DNA of 61,706 nt, filler included, from Choristocarpus tenellus KU-1152 (taxonomy: Eukaryota > Protista > Phaeophyceae): the NCBI GenBank assembly GCA_964200185.2. It is 9 parts of 9 records of this genome, joined end to end, with 100 filler letters (N's around TTAATTAATTAA, not from the genome) between each part and the next. Parts side by side here need not be neighbours in the genome. Positions count along the whole stretch, not along the records: positions 1 to 16,107 come from CAXNAD020000874.1; positions 16,208 to 20,596 come from CAXNAD020014781.1; positions 20,697 to 23,280 come from CAXNAD020026539.1; positions 23,381 to 29,684 come from CAXNAD020008429.1; 5 more parts are not named here. One strand, written 5' to 3'. Positions 12,218 through 24,900 of this stretch are shown here, in pieces. Numbering within the stretch: position 1 is the stretch's first letter; each line of letters starts with the position of its first letter. The notes below the pieces were generated by a model. That model ran no database searches. It saw only the letters and a program-made list of their open reading frames with translations, and was not told the DNA's origin. A program made the position numbers and the translations under genes.

Positions 12218-15175
12218 ATGAGTCGTGATGAGCAAGAGGAGGAACGAAGGTCAGTAGATGTATATAACGCGAAAAACATTCTCACTGAACTCCCGATCTC
12301 AATGACAACTTGATTTCAAATCCACTTCCATGACGACTTGGTAACCCGTTACCTACTGCAGCCATTATATGGAAGTGCGATATGCCTTCCTTGAGTACTC
12401 CAGCTACATGAAGCACGAGGTTAACAAGATCAAGGCGCATCTTGAGAGATTACCACCAGAACTGAGAGAGAAGCTATCTCCAGAATTGATGAACAAGTAA
12501 GAAAACCTTGCGACACTAAGGGAGAGATATTTGAGAGCCGTGTAGCCTGGTCTGTCCTTTCCCGCTCCCTACGTGGAGGACTTCTCGTGTCTTCAACCGC
12601 CCCCTAGGTTTTGTTTTTTTCCCGATTTGGTAGAGATAAATGTTGTGTGTGCAGGCAGTTTTTGTTATGCGGAGATGGAGTGAGTCACTGTTTGTTCTGT
12701 TCGTTGTTGATCGCGTGGAACAACGAAGGGTACGTAGTTTGTGAGCCGGAGAGACATATCAGTCTAGCGTAAGGACATACCGCATGAAGCAAGGATGCGA
12801 CGAAATAAAACATAACATTTTTGAAGGGCAATTCAAATTCGAGGACTAGAAAGAAACTTGTTGGTCTCTACCTTGTCCATGTTCCATGACGTATATTTTG
12901 TTGTAGGGATCCTAACTGCAATGGCTCTGCATCGTCGAACTCATAACCTATTATAACAGGAAGATGGCGGGCATGGAAGAGGCTATCGCAAGGAACCAGG
13001 CGTTTCTTAATGCTGTCATAGACTTCCAAGATAAAGCTAGCCCATACCCAGTTGATGGCGACTACACAGGCAAGCTAAGATATATCTGCGCTATTGGTAT
13101 AGCTATTTCCCATGCTATTTGCTCATTGATTTCGCACAAAAGAATTGTGAAAAGGCTACAGGAAAGACACCTTTGCAAACCCCTCTACATTTTAGTTGAG
13201 CAAACCTGAGTACACATCCTACTGTCTGAATTCATTGATTCAAAGACCCAGCAATGTACCGTGTGAGGCACAACAATATACTAACACAACCGTGTGAAAT
13301 GTCGCAAACGGTCTAACTTTAATATTAAAAATACGATGAGTATTTGAGTTTTGAATGTTGTAGTCATAGGATGGTGACACTCACGCACTTAGAGGCGATG
13401 TCGATCATGGTGCACGTCAAATGTGGTCCACACGAATATCTGACCAACATCACGTACTAGACCACAAGTATTTCCTCCTTGCACTACCCTTAATTGTTGA
13501 CATATCAATGTCAACGTGTGAATAATCATTGGGGGTGATTCTCGTTTCTTTTTGCATTAATCTGAAAAATCAAGTCTTCTGTCATGATATATCCTCCTTA
13601 TGTATCAAATTCTATATAAATAGCTGGAAACAAACAGGAAGGCAATTTCTCCTTGGTAAGGTTTTCTTCAGGTCGATTTGGTGCTTTCTGCGGGTGGAAT
13701 TTCAGAATTTTTACTGTTGTTACTTCTTTGTACCGCAGGTGATGATACAGAATGGAACATTTTTCAGACCTTTTGATTGGACGGTCACCGGCGATAAGTT
13801 GGAGGTTTGAACGTTATTTTGTCCAGCCCCACTGGTTGACTTGGAGGATCGCCAGAGACAGGCGTGTAAGTGAATGATATCATATGTACTTCTTGAAAGT
13901 GGTAGTCTCTGTTGAAGGTATCTATTTCACCCAACCCATTTCAAAAAGAACCAGTGTGGGAGCACGAACAATTATCTCATCTGAGCAAACACTCTATTGT
14001 CTGCAAAGTATTTTCATTCCACAGGAGGTGCTCTGGGTTCACACTTGGTTTCCTGCCATTGCCTGAAATACTCTGCAGCACACTTGTCCTGACTCCACAT
14101 ACACATTCTCAAATGTCAAAATGATTTTGTGGCAGTTACAAATTCACAGTCTTCACCGATGCAAATCTTGCTTCACAGTTGTTTCATTTGGAACATGCAT
14201 TTCTTAATTGAGAATATAGGCGGTTCCACGACAAAACCATGTTGTATGTAGAGAGTCTATCCCATGTGGCCATCGGTCTTTCCTGAATGTCTACGCACAC
14301 GGATGGGCCCTTGAATGTAGTCAGCAAGGGTAGCATTGTATCGTTTGTTCCTCCTCGAATCTGAGGTGATACCATCCTACCCACCTTTCTTGATTAACCA
14401 AGTAAGCGATTCCTCAACTGTAGGCATAGCACCTGGTTGCCACTCCAAGGAAGATAGCCGCTCTCTGTGTTTGTTTAGTCCATCCTGCCCTGTGTGTGTT
14501 GCTCATCCTTCTTTTATCCTTTGTGACAGGCACACCTACCAATGCCTCCAAGACCAGCGCTCGTCAAATAGGTAAGGTTACAAGCACACTTCATCAACTC
14601 TCCAGGGATTGGTGCAAGGAAGGCGAAGAGGAACGCAAGCAATGCTACATGCCCATCGTACAGGAGTTGGAAAAACGCCTGCCTGTCAACGATGAGAATA
14701 GAGGAAAGCTTGTGAGCACCCACATGAATGAACACGCACGGTTGTGGTGGAGGGAAGGGCACTTCTGTGTTGTGTAGCAGTGTCGATTTATTGATGGCGA
14801 CTTGATGTACTGGTTACAAAGCAGCAGTTTATTGTGTATCAACTCTTGATCACAGTGTGTCGCATATGTATTCATATCCCACTCCCCTACAAACCATGCA
14901 AGTATTCACGGTGGCACTGGATGTCGCAGTGCAAGCAACAGCATGACCTCATTACTACTGTGCCCCTTGTTCAGAGTGTTCTGGTGCCTGGAGCCGGCTT
15001 GGGGCGCCTTCCCCTGGAATTTGTGTATCGAGGCTATGCAACACAAGGTAATAGTCAAATCATGATTCTGGAAGTGTGATGGAGGGATTGACCTGCCTCT
15101 TGACTCTTGCATTGAATTCCTCTGTACCAATGTGCTGCACAGGGCCTGTCTGGTTAACAACATTCCTCTGTAGTG

Positions 15176-15211
<36 letters not shown>

Positions 15212-15884
15212 AACTAATGTGTGTGTGCGTTTTGTGTTTTTTTTCCGGTGTGCACCACATCCTGAATCAAATCACTCACTGTGAGGCATGGCAGAACATC
15301 TCTGTGCTGAAACAACTTTCTTCAGGGCAGAGCAGTAGACAGTGTCACTGAGAAAGGGCTTTGGGGTAGCAGTATCTACCTCAAGACTCACATCAAGTAC
15401 AGTACTCTGTATTACATTTAGTGGGTGTTACTGGGGAAATATGTTAGAACTGCTTTTGACTGCCGAGGTCTCTTACTGTAATGCTTACTATATATATATA
15501 TATATATATCTTGCCTTGAACAATAATCCACAAGTGATTGATTACCAATTGAGTTCTTCAAAGCATTCTCAACTGTGTTGCATCCTTCGACTTTTCATTG
15601 GAATGAAAAGTCACTCGGATGTCGTAAGGTCCCCCTTTCATGGGACAATTGGCCCAACTACTTTTTTTTGTTTTTCGTGTAGTACATTCATACTGATAGT
15701 GCTCTATGGCCCACTGCAGGGTGTGGCCATGTATCTTTCATTGCATCTTGTCAGCTGCAATCAAGAAGAATTGTATTAATTGATTGTTAATTGAAGAATG
15801 ATACGCTCCTCGCTCCCATCCAGGCAATGAGTTCAGTTACTTCATGCTGTTTGTGAGCTACTTCATGCTTAATGGAACTGATGA
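12218..15884 (+). CDS. CARNMT1: Carnosine N-methyltransferase (N2227-like), 3' end lost at the contig gap
   Basis: Exons at about 12218-12249, 12362-12496, 12960-13069, 14530-14711, 14975-15047 and 15823-15884: EEERSHY..AF..Y; KVTSTLHQLSRDWCKEGEEERKQCY.PI; VLVPGAGLGRL; GYATQGNEFSYFML. Confidence 0.93.
15176..15209. repeat. (TG)n microsatellite, intronic
   Basis: Direct reading. Confidence 0.95.
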
Positions 15885-16107
15885 GGTGAGGTATCAGCCG
15901 AAACGTCTTGTACTTGACATTTGGTTCAAACAATGCTGGAGATTGGTGTGGTAGGTCTTGGTGTTTGTAATTCACCTTGCTTGTGCATAAAATGGTACAC
16001 AGAGGTTTTTGTTTTCTTTTGTTACTTTCATATGATAACAGCCAATATAATAGTAAGGGCAAAACTCTAAGCCTTCAAATATGTTTTGAAGCAGAGCTTC
16101 GTGTTAT

Positions 16108-16207
16108 NNNNNNNNNNNNNNNNNNNNNNNNNNNNNNNNNNNNNNNNNNNNTTAATTAATTAANNNNNNNNNNNNNNNNNNNNNNNNNNNNNNNNNNNNN
16201 NNNNNNN
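16108..16207. other. Artificial contig-joining spacer (first of eight)
   Basis: N44-TTAATTAATTAA-N44, with stops in all six frames. Also at 20597-20696, 23281-23380, 29685-29784, 34450-34549, 38439-38538, 46297-46396 and 54316-54415. Confidence 0.99.
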
Positions 16208-16299
16208 GTCGGATGGATACTGTAAATGCATATTTCCTGATTTTGGTTCAAATGGACACCCTGGTGTAGACCACCCCCCCCTCCCAGATACTTTGGGTC
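16208..16299. mobile_element. MITE family B, partial (contig start)
   Basis: aaatggacaccctggtgtagac-polyC-cagatactttgggtc, matching the complete copies at 50954 and 61475. Other partial copies: 23199-23280, 23381-23401, 28065-28216, 29663-29684, 29785-29866. Confidence 0.85.
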
Positions 16300-18040
16300 A
16301 GTGCATTCGTTGATTTCAAGAGATGTACATAGGATGTATCATAGACAACAATGGCGTATACTGTATATTGAGATGATGACATATTTGACGTTATTTGTGT
16401 GTGTCTGTCTCTCACATTCTACTCGATTCCTTTGGCCCTTTACTTTATCAACCACAATTTGGGCCACGATGGTATCATGTCCTTCCCCACTTACTCCAAG
16501 TCTTCTACGAAGGGTATGTCCTCTTGTACCCCCTAAAGTTTTAGAAGTTTTGTGTGTTTTGATATTGCATATTCATCAGCCTGTGGGGGCTGCTAAGGGG
16601 TTAATGTTTGGTACCCCATGGGTTTTTTGATCAAGACAGAAACGTTTTACACTAGTAGCTTTGGCGCACAAGAGGATACTCTTTTCCAGGCGGGAAGGTT
16701 TGGTCCTACAATTAAAAGTTTCCAATTTGATATCGTATCGGTGCATTTTTTCTTCCCTTGTGTGCATATGTCGTTCTGGTAGGTTTTTCGCTGCTCTTTT
16801 TCCTGGAACCGGATTTGTTCGAGTGATGAAACGTGAAAGTGCGTGCAAATATATTCAACACGGAGGTCAATAGATACATTTCATAAGACAACACCCTCGT
16901 GGTCTATATTGCATGTTGATATGATGCCATGTACATTATATTGTGCGTGTCTGTCTCTCACATTCTACTGGATTCCTTGGCCCTTTATCAACTACAATTT
17001 GGATGACGATGGGATCATCGTGTCCATCCCCACTAACTCTAAGTCTAGTACGATGGGCGTCCTCTTCTGACCCCCTACACATTTTTAGAGCCTTGTGTCT
17101 GGATATTGTATATATATCAGGCAGGGGGCTGATGCCAGGTTTATGTTCGCTACTTCATGCTAATTTATCGAAAGAACCGTTGAGTGAAAGTATCTCAGAG
17201 GGTACGAGTTTTGCCCTGTTTGTCTATTTGGGGCTTGACTTCCCATGAGTTTTTTTAATGACATTTTCCTAGTCCAAAGTGTTTAGGAGTAGGTAAAATA
17301 TGTACGTTATGAAGGTGTGTCCGAAACAAAGATACTGACACTTCCTAACAAACACGAAAGTCAAATTACATCAAAATCGCAACATGGATTGGATTTTGGT
17401 CCCCAAATGGACGAAGCTCTACCCTCTAAGATACATTGGCTCCGATTACACTCGTAGCTTTGGCGCGCAAGAGGAATACCCTTTTCCCAGGCGCGGGAAG
17501 GGTTTGGTTCTAAAATTGGAATTTTCCAACTTTATCTCGTGTCGGTGCATTTTTACTTCCATTGTAGGTGTGCGTTATCCATCTAGTAGATTTTTCCCCT
17601 CATTTTCCTGGAACCGGAATTTGTTCCTGTGATGATGAAGCGTGGAAGTTCATACAATTTATTCAAGATAGGTACATATAGATATATCTTTATGGACAAC
17701 ATCCTCCTATTGTATATGTTGATATGATGACATTTACATTATATTGTGCGTATCTATCTCTCGCCTGCTACTTCATTCCTTCGGGCCCTTACTTTATCAA
17801 CTACAATTTGGGCAACGATGGATCATGTCGGTCCCCACCACCTCTAACTCTTGTACGAAGGGTGTCCTCCTGTGCCCCCTCAAAATTCCGAGAGGTTCAG
17901 CCCTCTTCATGTCATATATATTTATCACCCTGGGGGCTGGTAGAGATGGTTTAGGTTTGGTACTTTACGGTTTCCATCTGGACAGAAACGTTTACGCTCG
18001 GGGCTTTGGTGCACAAAGAGAGAACAACTCTCTTCCCTCA
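16300..18040. repeat. Diverged tandem repeat, ~545-bp unit, about 2.7 copies
   Basis: Anchor atgatg(a/c)cat at 16373, 16921 and 17724; shared tttatcaac(c/t)acaatttgg, ctttgg(c/t)gc(a/g)caaga and cctggaaccgga; unit 2 carries a MITE. Confidence 0.85.
17182..17442. mobile_element. MITE family A, full length
   Basis: TIRs gagtgaaagtatctcagagggta / taccctctaagatacattggctc; absent from the neighbouring repeat units; flanks cgtt/cgat. Confidence 0.9.
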
Positions 18041-19351
18041 AAACATCGGGGTCAATCCAGAGTAACACAGGCACCGCAACAGGAGATCTTTTCAGTGCAC
18101 ATCCCCTCAAACATATACAAAAAACAACAATGGATTCACAAATGTATCTGGTTTTGGACCGCCACCAAACACTTCATCGATGATACCATCACCCAAATAA
18201 CACACAACAGCAAATTCTCATGTGCGTTTCTATGTCCATCTGAGGGAAACAATGAAGGCAATTGCTTTTAAATCGCAATTTGCGTACGTCTTGACAGTTT
18301 TGAATATCTAAGAAACGAAAAAAATACTTGAAAAAGCTTTACATCGCCTACATATTACAGGCCTCAAATGGACAAACAGGGCAAATACTGTACCCTCTCA
18401 GATACTTTGGCTCTGGAATTCACAGGACCAAGAAGCCAAGCAGCAGCAAGGTGTAGTTCATTTTAAACAAACTACCAAGGCGGAAGTGTCGTTATCTATT
18501 GGCCAACAACTTTCATACTACGTCAATCTGGAGCCCTTGTAAATGATGCAACACTATACTACCAGAAATGGGACATGACACACGTCACCAACCACACCAT
18601 ATCTTTAGACACCATTCTTACTCTCACTACCGTACTTGCCTTACTGACAGGCACAGAGAGATGCATGTTGTTGATGCATCTGCCTCATAGTGGGGCACAC
18701 AAACAAAAAATTTGGTGCACCACTTGTCAGGCAGTCAATCTTGTGGCAGGGTAAGCTAACACATACAGCAGAGCAAGCAAGTAAGGTGCAATATAACGTC
18801 CCATCTAAAAAAAACTAAGTGCTAAACTTTACGCATAATTGCGTACTATCAATATAATCTACTCTGCTCGCCACTCCCTTTTCCCACAGTTACATACCCA
18901 GTGACATCAAAACTAAAAAAACCTTCAACATTGACCTCCACTTTAGGAAACAAAAGTGGATCAATTCACTATTACTTCCAGTACTGTTGTTATTGTTGTT
19001 ATTATTATTAGCCAAAATTGGTGATGAGCATGAGTGGGGTACACCACCTCTAAAGGGCTTAGATAGCGCATAGGCTATTGACCTATCCACTTGTCTCTCA
19101 GAGGCAGGAAAAAAAATCAAGATAAAAGGGAAAAATGTAGTATAAACTAGTGCAGCACGTATGCCTCAGCATCAATGACTTGGAGACTCAGGCACATGGA
19201 ACCAAACCAGCCTTGGCACGCACATCTCCACCTTCTCCACTATGTCTCCTGTCAGATTGTGTCAATATGCCTTCCTCTCATGCCCACATATGTCACCACC
19301 GAAGCTGCTCAAAAGCACACAGTGTACACCCTCATCTACTACAGCGCCAAT

Positions 19352-20485
19352 CTACATAAAATCGTCATACTTACTCTCGAAATCCATGCCGACATCATCA
19401 ATCAGATCTCCATCGAAGTCCCCCCCAAACACGTCCGCATGAGCCTGTGTGGGTGGAACAATCTTAGGTTAGCAAACGATGTTACTCCTTGTTCATCTCT
19501 ATCTCATAATTGCATTGAGCATATCAGACTCGATTCAGGGTATCCTCTTAACCACTGTGAAAAGCACTCTCAAAACAATACTATACATTATGAATCGTGT
19601 GAACATATGCATAGGGAAGGGGGGGGGGAGGACCATTTGCTAGCAACACACTGATGGCATGGTCATCAGATTTTACAGCGAAGAGACTTGGGAAAGAGAG
19701 TCAGGCTCAACATTCAGGTCTTAGAACGCTATAGTGTGGTTGTCTCTTTCAGCAGTTCAAGGTAAAACCCCACCTCTTCTTCAATGTAAACACACCTCTA
19801 ACCGTAAGAGCGACGACATGTACAGCATGTCCCGATCCTGACCCTAATACGTAAAAAACAAATTCCTTTCAAATTGGGGCACACAGCATATACAGCATAT
19901 ACATTCTTAACAAATGTACAAAAACACACCATTCAACCACAACAAGAAAACTATCGTGTTGACGCTCCCAACACACTGCTCAACATACTCTTAACCCTAA
20001 ATTTACCCTGCAAAAAAGGCTGTTGATACAGTCGAATCTTGTACTTGCATCACCTCATAGACAAGATTATCAAAAATGAGCGATAACTGACGTAGGTACT
20101 GAGCCAATCAAAACTTCAATCAAGGGTCATGAAATCACCCACGAAAAAAATCTGCGCATCTACCCCCCCTCCCTCCTCCCCCTCTACACCATCAGATGAA
20201 ACACAAATACAGAAACATCCTCAACACCCGCTTGCAAGGCCCGAAAAAAAAAAACATACACAATAGATTTTTTTTAAAGTGATTGTTTTAGACAAAAACC
20301 TTCTTTTTCTTCGCAGTTTTTTTCTTGTTAGCCCTCTGATTCGCCTGCACATTGATCGCGCTGGCTTTCGCCACTGCTATACGCTCCGCAGCAGCAACCT
20401 TGGTGTCCCTGACCTTCACACATTGTGCAGTCAATTCTGTCATGCCCTCTGCCGACATGGTCCCCTCAACCTTGGCTACAAGGTC
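19352..20485 (-). CDS. eIF3j: Eukaryotic translation initiation factor 3 subunit J, 3' exons
   Basis: Exons 20485-20300 and 19444-19352: helical region, Lys-rich ANKKKTAKKKK, acidic tail ending KYDDFM*, the typical eIF3j C-terminus. The donor site is weak. Confidence 0.62.
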
Positions 20486-21074
20486 CTGAGGTACACGCCA
20501 GCACGGCCCACAGGATATGAAAAAAAAAAAATCACACAGGTAAAAACCGGTAAAGGGGTGGGGGGCAGGGGGAGGGGGGGGGGGGAAAACACAAGGNNNN
20601 NNNNNNNNNNNNNNNNNNNNNNNNNNNNNNNNNNNNNNNNTTAATTAATTAANNNNNNNNNNNNNNNNNNNNNNNNNNNNNNNNNNNNNNNNNNNNCCCC
20701 TTTTTCTGTATTGTTTTTTTCCCCATTTAACAAAAACCCCCCTTTTTACAATTTTTACACAATTTTCCCCCCCCCCCCCCCCCCCCCCCCTCCCCGAAAA
20801 ACCTTTCAAAATTTCAATTGAAAGTAATCGCTCTGTTCACCGAACATGCCTGTAAGATAACAAGGAAGGCGGGATTATTACCAAAGCAAGCAAATCACAC
20901 CCAAATTAGTAAAGCTAACTAACCAGTCCTTCGACAGGATTTCCTTCCATCCACTGACGCACCCTAACTTAACAAACAAGCCGTGCAAACACCTACAAAA
21001 AACAAACAAACACTGAAACATGCACACAGAGCATCTCTTGAGAAAAACAGGACCCATCGTTCCTGTATGCCACA

Positions 21075-22310
21075 TACCCTCCTACCTGATCCTCCCCTAG
21101 CTGCAACCACCACCGCTGAAGGCAGTAGAAGTGTCCCCACAGCAGCCCCAGCCATCAGCAGGAGCAACACCTTCACTCCCCCCTCCACCCTCATCCAGAA
21201 CAACAAACCCAACTGTCTACGCCGAGCATTTGATGCAGCGTGTCCCTTGCTCTCATCGTTCACCCCTCCCCCCGAGAGAGCCTTCACAGTTTCTGCATCA
21301 AAACCTTGCCTGTTAAACGCCTGGTTGCCCCTGCTGACCGCCCTACCCTTACGCCCTCCTCTCATTCCGCCCCCTGCCCCAGCAGTCTGTCCTGTAGGTC
21401 TTCCTGGTGGCCTTGGCGTGATAGGGGCCTTGCTCTCTGCTACGACGGCTGCGCTAGTTACCGGTACTGGAAGGCACAGGGCAATTTCCAATGGTGGGGA
21501 GTTGCTGAGTGGTGGTCTATACTGTACCCACTGAAAACGAAAATACAGCACAGAGAGACTAGAGGTAGGTCTGCAATCGGAACGCACCAATGTTCACAAC
21601 CCTAACCCTCCCAGAATTTTGGATACGTTGACCAAGTTGACATCTTCCCACAAAATACCAATGTATCTGCCCTCTACCACAACAACACCCATGGCCTCTC
21701 TGTAGCAATTCAATGGGGTCATACTCAAGACACTTCAAATCATGTGCCCCCTTCACCCCACCACACCTAGTTCGAAAATATCACAGAAGACCAAGCAGTT
21801 GCCGCACCCTACCAGTCACAATATCTGCAATGCATAGCTTCAACTCCTAGCCGGAACCAACACAAACATCTTGCTTGTACTAACTTCACAAACTAAAGAA
21901 CTACTACAGCCTAGAGGAGGGACAAAGGTGAAGCAGGGTACCTAAAACGACAGTGGGTAATACCAAAGTGAACATTAACTCTAGAGTGGTTATACCGATT
22001 CAGTCACTACGGAAAGGACTCAGACCAGGCGGATGGATTATGTCATTCATCATACCTGTGCACTAATAAAATACAGTATTGGGAGATAAGAGCAGAGACT
22101 AAACGGTGAGAAAATAAGAACAAAATGCTTACCCGTCGATTCAGTATTGGTCCCATCAGCACTGTTCGGTCCAAGGTCAACAGGCATTGCAGATACTACC
22201 CTCAACACTGGCTTACCCTCTGCAATTGGCACACCTACAGCAGTTTGTTTCCACATCCTTTCCTTCTTTGGCGCATTTAAGGATGATTTTGACGCCAGAA
22301 GAGACCAGCT
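21075..22310 (-). CDS. Probable exons of an unidentified protein (low-complexity region plus hydrophobic segment)
   Basis: Open minus-strand frames at about 22310-22132 and 21530-21075, bounded by plausible ag/gt sites; no recognisable motif. Confidence 0.35.
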
Positions 22311-22830
22311 TCACCTGGAGAACATGGGCGTTTTTGTCTCTCTATTCTCTTTCCATTATTTCCCGTTTATGTGATGTTGTCACCTGCTGGCCAAGGCTCA
22401 CTTATGGGGGCCCAGGCCTCTGAACCAGACAATCCATGCCAAGTCAAATGAGGTATTCTTAAGGTGCAGGCCTCCTGTGAGACTTCAATGTCTTGTACAC
22501 CCTGTCCAATTTGGTACACTTCATGCCTTTCTCGTTGGAAAGTATCAGATGGTAAGCAATTCTCAACCTGAAGAACCTCTCCACAAACACTACGGATAAC
22601 CCCCCTTCATCCTTAAGACTGACAAGAATGTTGGCTCTCATTCCAGGCAACGTGTTGTGACAATGACCTTGTACCTAGTCCTTCGCCCGCCCCCATACTA
22701 TCTCTATCAGGTTCAATTCTCAGTGGTACTTTGGAAGCATCAAGCAGTGTCCTCTAAGATGCTCAACCAGAATCATGTCCTGTGAGTGGCTTAAGCAGTA
22801 TCAAGCCGAGGTTAGCCCATGTACCATTTT

Positions 22831-23138
22831 GGTGGTGACCAGTCTTGATTTCTTGAAAGGGTTGGCCAACGAGTTAAACCACAATGAGCATATCAAATGA
22901 AAGCTCTGGTCCAAACGAAATTTTTCGGAAAAATATGTTTCGTCGTGATAATTCATTCCGGAGAATTTCAAGGTTGTGCCGAAACCATTAGTCTAAAATT
23001 TAACCTTACCATTTTTTTTTTCCGAAAAAATTCCTTTGCACCAGTTATAGCTTAGATTCAGAGCTTTCATTTGATATGCCCATCGTTGTTTAACTCCTTG
23101 GGCAACCCTTCAAAAAAAAATCAAAACTGGTCTCATCC
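22831..23138. mobile_element. Foldback MITE with ~100-bp inverted arms
   Basis: gaccagtcttgattt..gggttg.ccaa.gagttaaac..catatcaaatgaaagctctg is mirrored by cagagctttcatttgatatg..gtttaactc.ttgggcaaccc..aaatcaaaactggtc. Confidence 0.8.
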
Positions 23139-23894
23139 TAGAGGCGACTCTCAACACTATAGTGACACATGAGGAACAAACGACCAAGATGGAAGGGAGA
23201 CCCAAAGTATCTGGGGGAGGGGGGGGGGGTCTACACCAGGGGGTCCATTTGGACCAAAATCAGAAGAGTATAATTACATTNNNNNNNNNNNNNNNNNNNN
23301 NNNNNNNNNNNNNNNNNNNNNNNNTTAATTAATTAANNNNNNNNNNNNNNNNNNNNNNNNNNNNNNNNNNNNNNNNNNNNCCCCCCCAGATACTTTGACT
23401 CTATCATCAATATCATCATGCAAAAGGAACTGGCAACGATCTACCAATTAGGGGTAAGATATAAACAAAATAATAAAAAAATAGTCAAGAAGTACAAATA
23501 TATCAAATCTTGTGTGAAACAGGTGGAAACAAGACGACAGGAGGACAGATCAAAGAGAGACTAAGTCAAAGAGGGAGAGCAATCCCTCAGAAGATCACTC
23601 AGGAAAAGAGTGAACAAGTAGAAAAGTGAAGGAGGGGGCTTTGGTAAGGTCAATCCAAATAACCCAATCTTACTTCAAGCAGATTTTACCTTCAACATGC
23701 AAAAACAAATGTCATATGTATACCATGATGTTCAAGATAGGTAATCTTTTGGGCATATCTTCTGCATGATGTTCAAGATAGGTCACCTTCAGTGTATACC
23801 TTCTGTGGAAGATGGCTCTCACACTAGTACTTAAAGGTCATGATGGTGTTTATGAAACCGCCATCAAGGTATATCGTCTACAACACATCACCAT

Positions 23895-24900
23895 ATATAT
23901 ATTATGCCCTCTGACATTTTACAGATATATCAGGGTGGAAACCATTGACAACTATAAACATTGAGTGAATCTTAAATATATCTTAGAGGGCACTAGATTT
24001 CCCCTGTTTGTCCATTTGGGGCTTGGCTTCCCACAGGTTTTTTAATGACATTTTACTTACTCCAAAATGTTTCAGAGTAGGTGAAATGTATACGTTATGA
24101 AAGGGTGTGTCTGGATCAAGGATGTTGACATCTCGTAACAAACATGATAGCCAAAAAATTTCATCAAAATTGCAACATTGGATGTTGGCCCCAATATGAA
24201 CGCGGCTCTACCCTCTAAGATACTTTGACTCCTTGTCAGTACAAACCCTAAAGAAACAAAATGTCAAATATCTGAAAAACTCTAATATATTTGTCCTTTC
24301 ACTGCAATCAATGTTGTATTCCTGCCCTCCGGTGCCTCCAATATACCTATACCTGTGCACCGGGAGGAACTAAGGAGGCAATACAATAATCCAATAAGCC
24401 CCTCCGTGCCCATCTCCCTCGTGATTCCAGCTTTAAACGCATGACACGTCTAGACAGTGCCACTTGCGTAGTTACCGAGACAATTTGGCGTACCGGGATT
24501 TAACTACTCCTTTCCTGCTATATACTCCCGCTCCTCTCCCCTCTACCATACGAGTAGCCAGCTCATCCAGAAAGCATTTCACTTTCTTGCCGAGGAGCCC
24601 AAAACTTCCACCGCGAAGGTGTTGAGGTTCTAATTACAAGAATGAAAGAAGCCTTTGTAGCGGCTGTGCTTTTGCGTCTCGGCTGCAGCAGCAGCTACAC
24701 CATTGCTGGTGGATGAGTGGGTGAGGTGGGAGGTTGCCTGTACCTTTGCGAAGATGACATCAAGCAGAAGGTCTTTCTCCCAGTAGGGAACTGTCCTGGC
24801 GTACGCATATCTGCCAAAATATTCTTCACCTCTTGAGAAAATCTGGGGATTATACCTATAAATCGTAAGAGGTAATGCACAGTGCAACATTTTCCATACC
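23895..24900 (-). mobile_element. CRE-like (RLE) non-LTR retrotransposon 3' fragment, interrupted by a MITE
   Basis: LLLDVIFAKVQATSHL..VAAAAAETQKHSRYKGFF..FAVEVLGLLGKKVKCFLDELA; tail gggcataat(at)n; homologous to 58951-59620. Confidence 0.7.
23963..24231. mobile_element. MITE family A, full length
   Basis: Matches family consensus; right TIR taccctctaagatactttgactc. Confidence 0.88.

Noticed and set aside
1450-16107. PKS/NRPS biosynthetic gene cluster (thioesterase plus methyltransferase)
   Set aside because: No KS/A/C/ACP domains seen; neighbours are housekeeping-type genes and the thioesterase lacks catalytic residues
16152-16163. Recurrent TTAATTAATTAA palindrome
   Set aside because: Always centred in identical N-runs; it is an artificial six-frame-stop linker
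23199-23401. MITE halves on either side of a gap suggesting true contig adjacency (also 29663-29866)
   Set aside because: Outer flanks (ggga/tatc; gcta/gatt) do not form a TSD, so these are probably different copies
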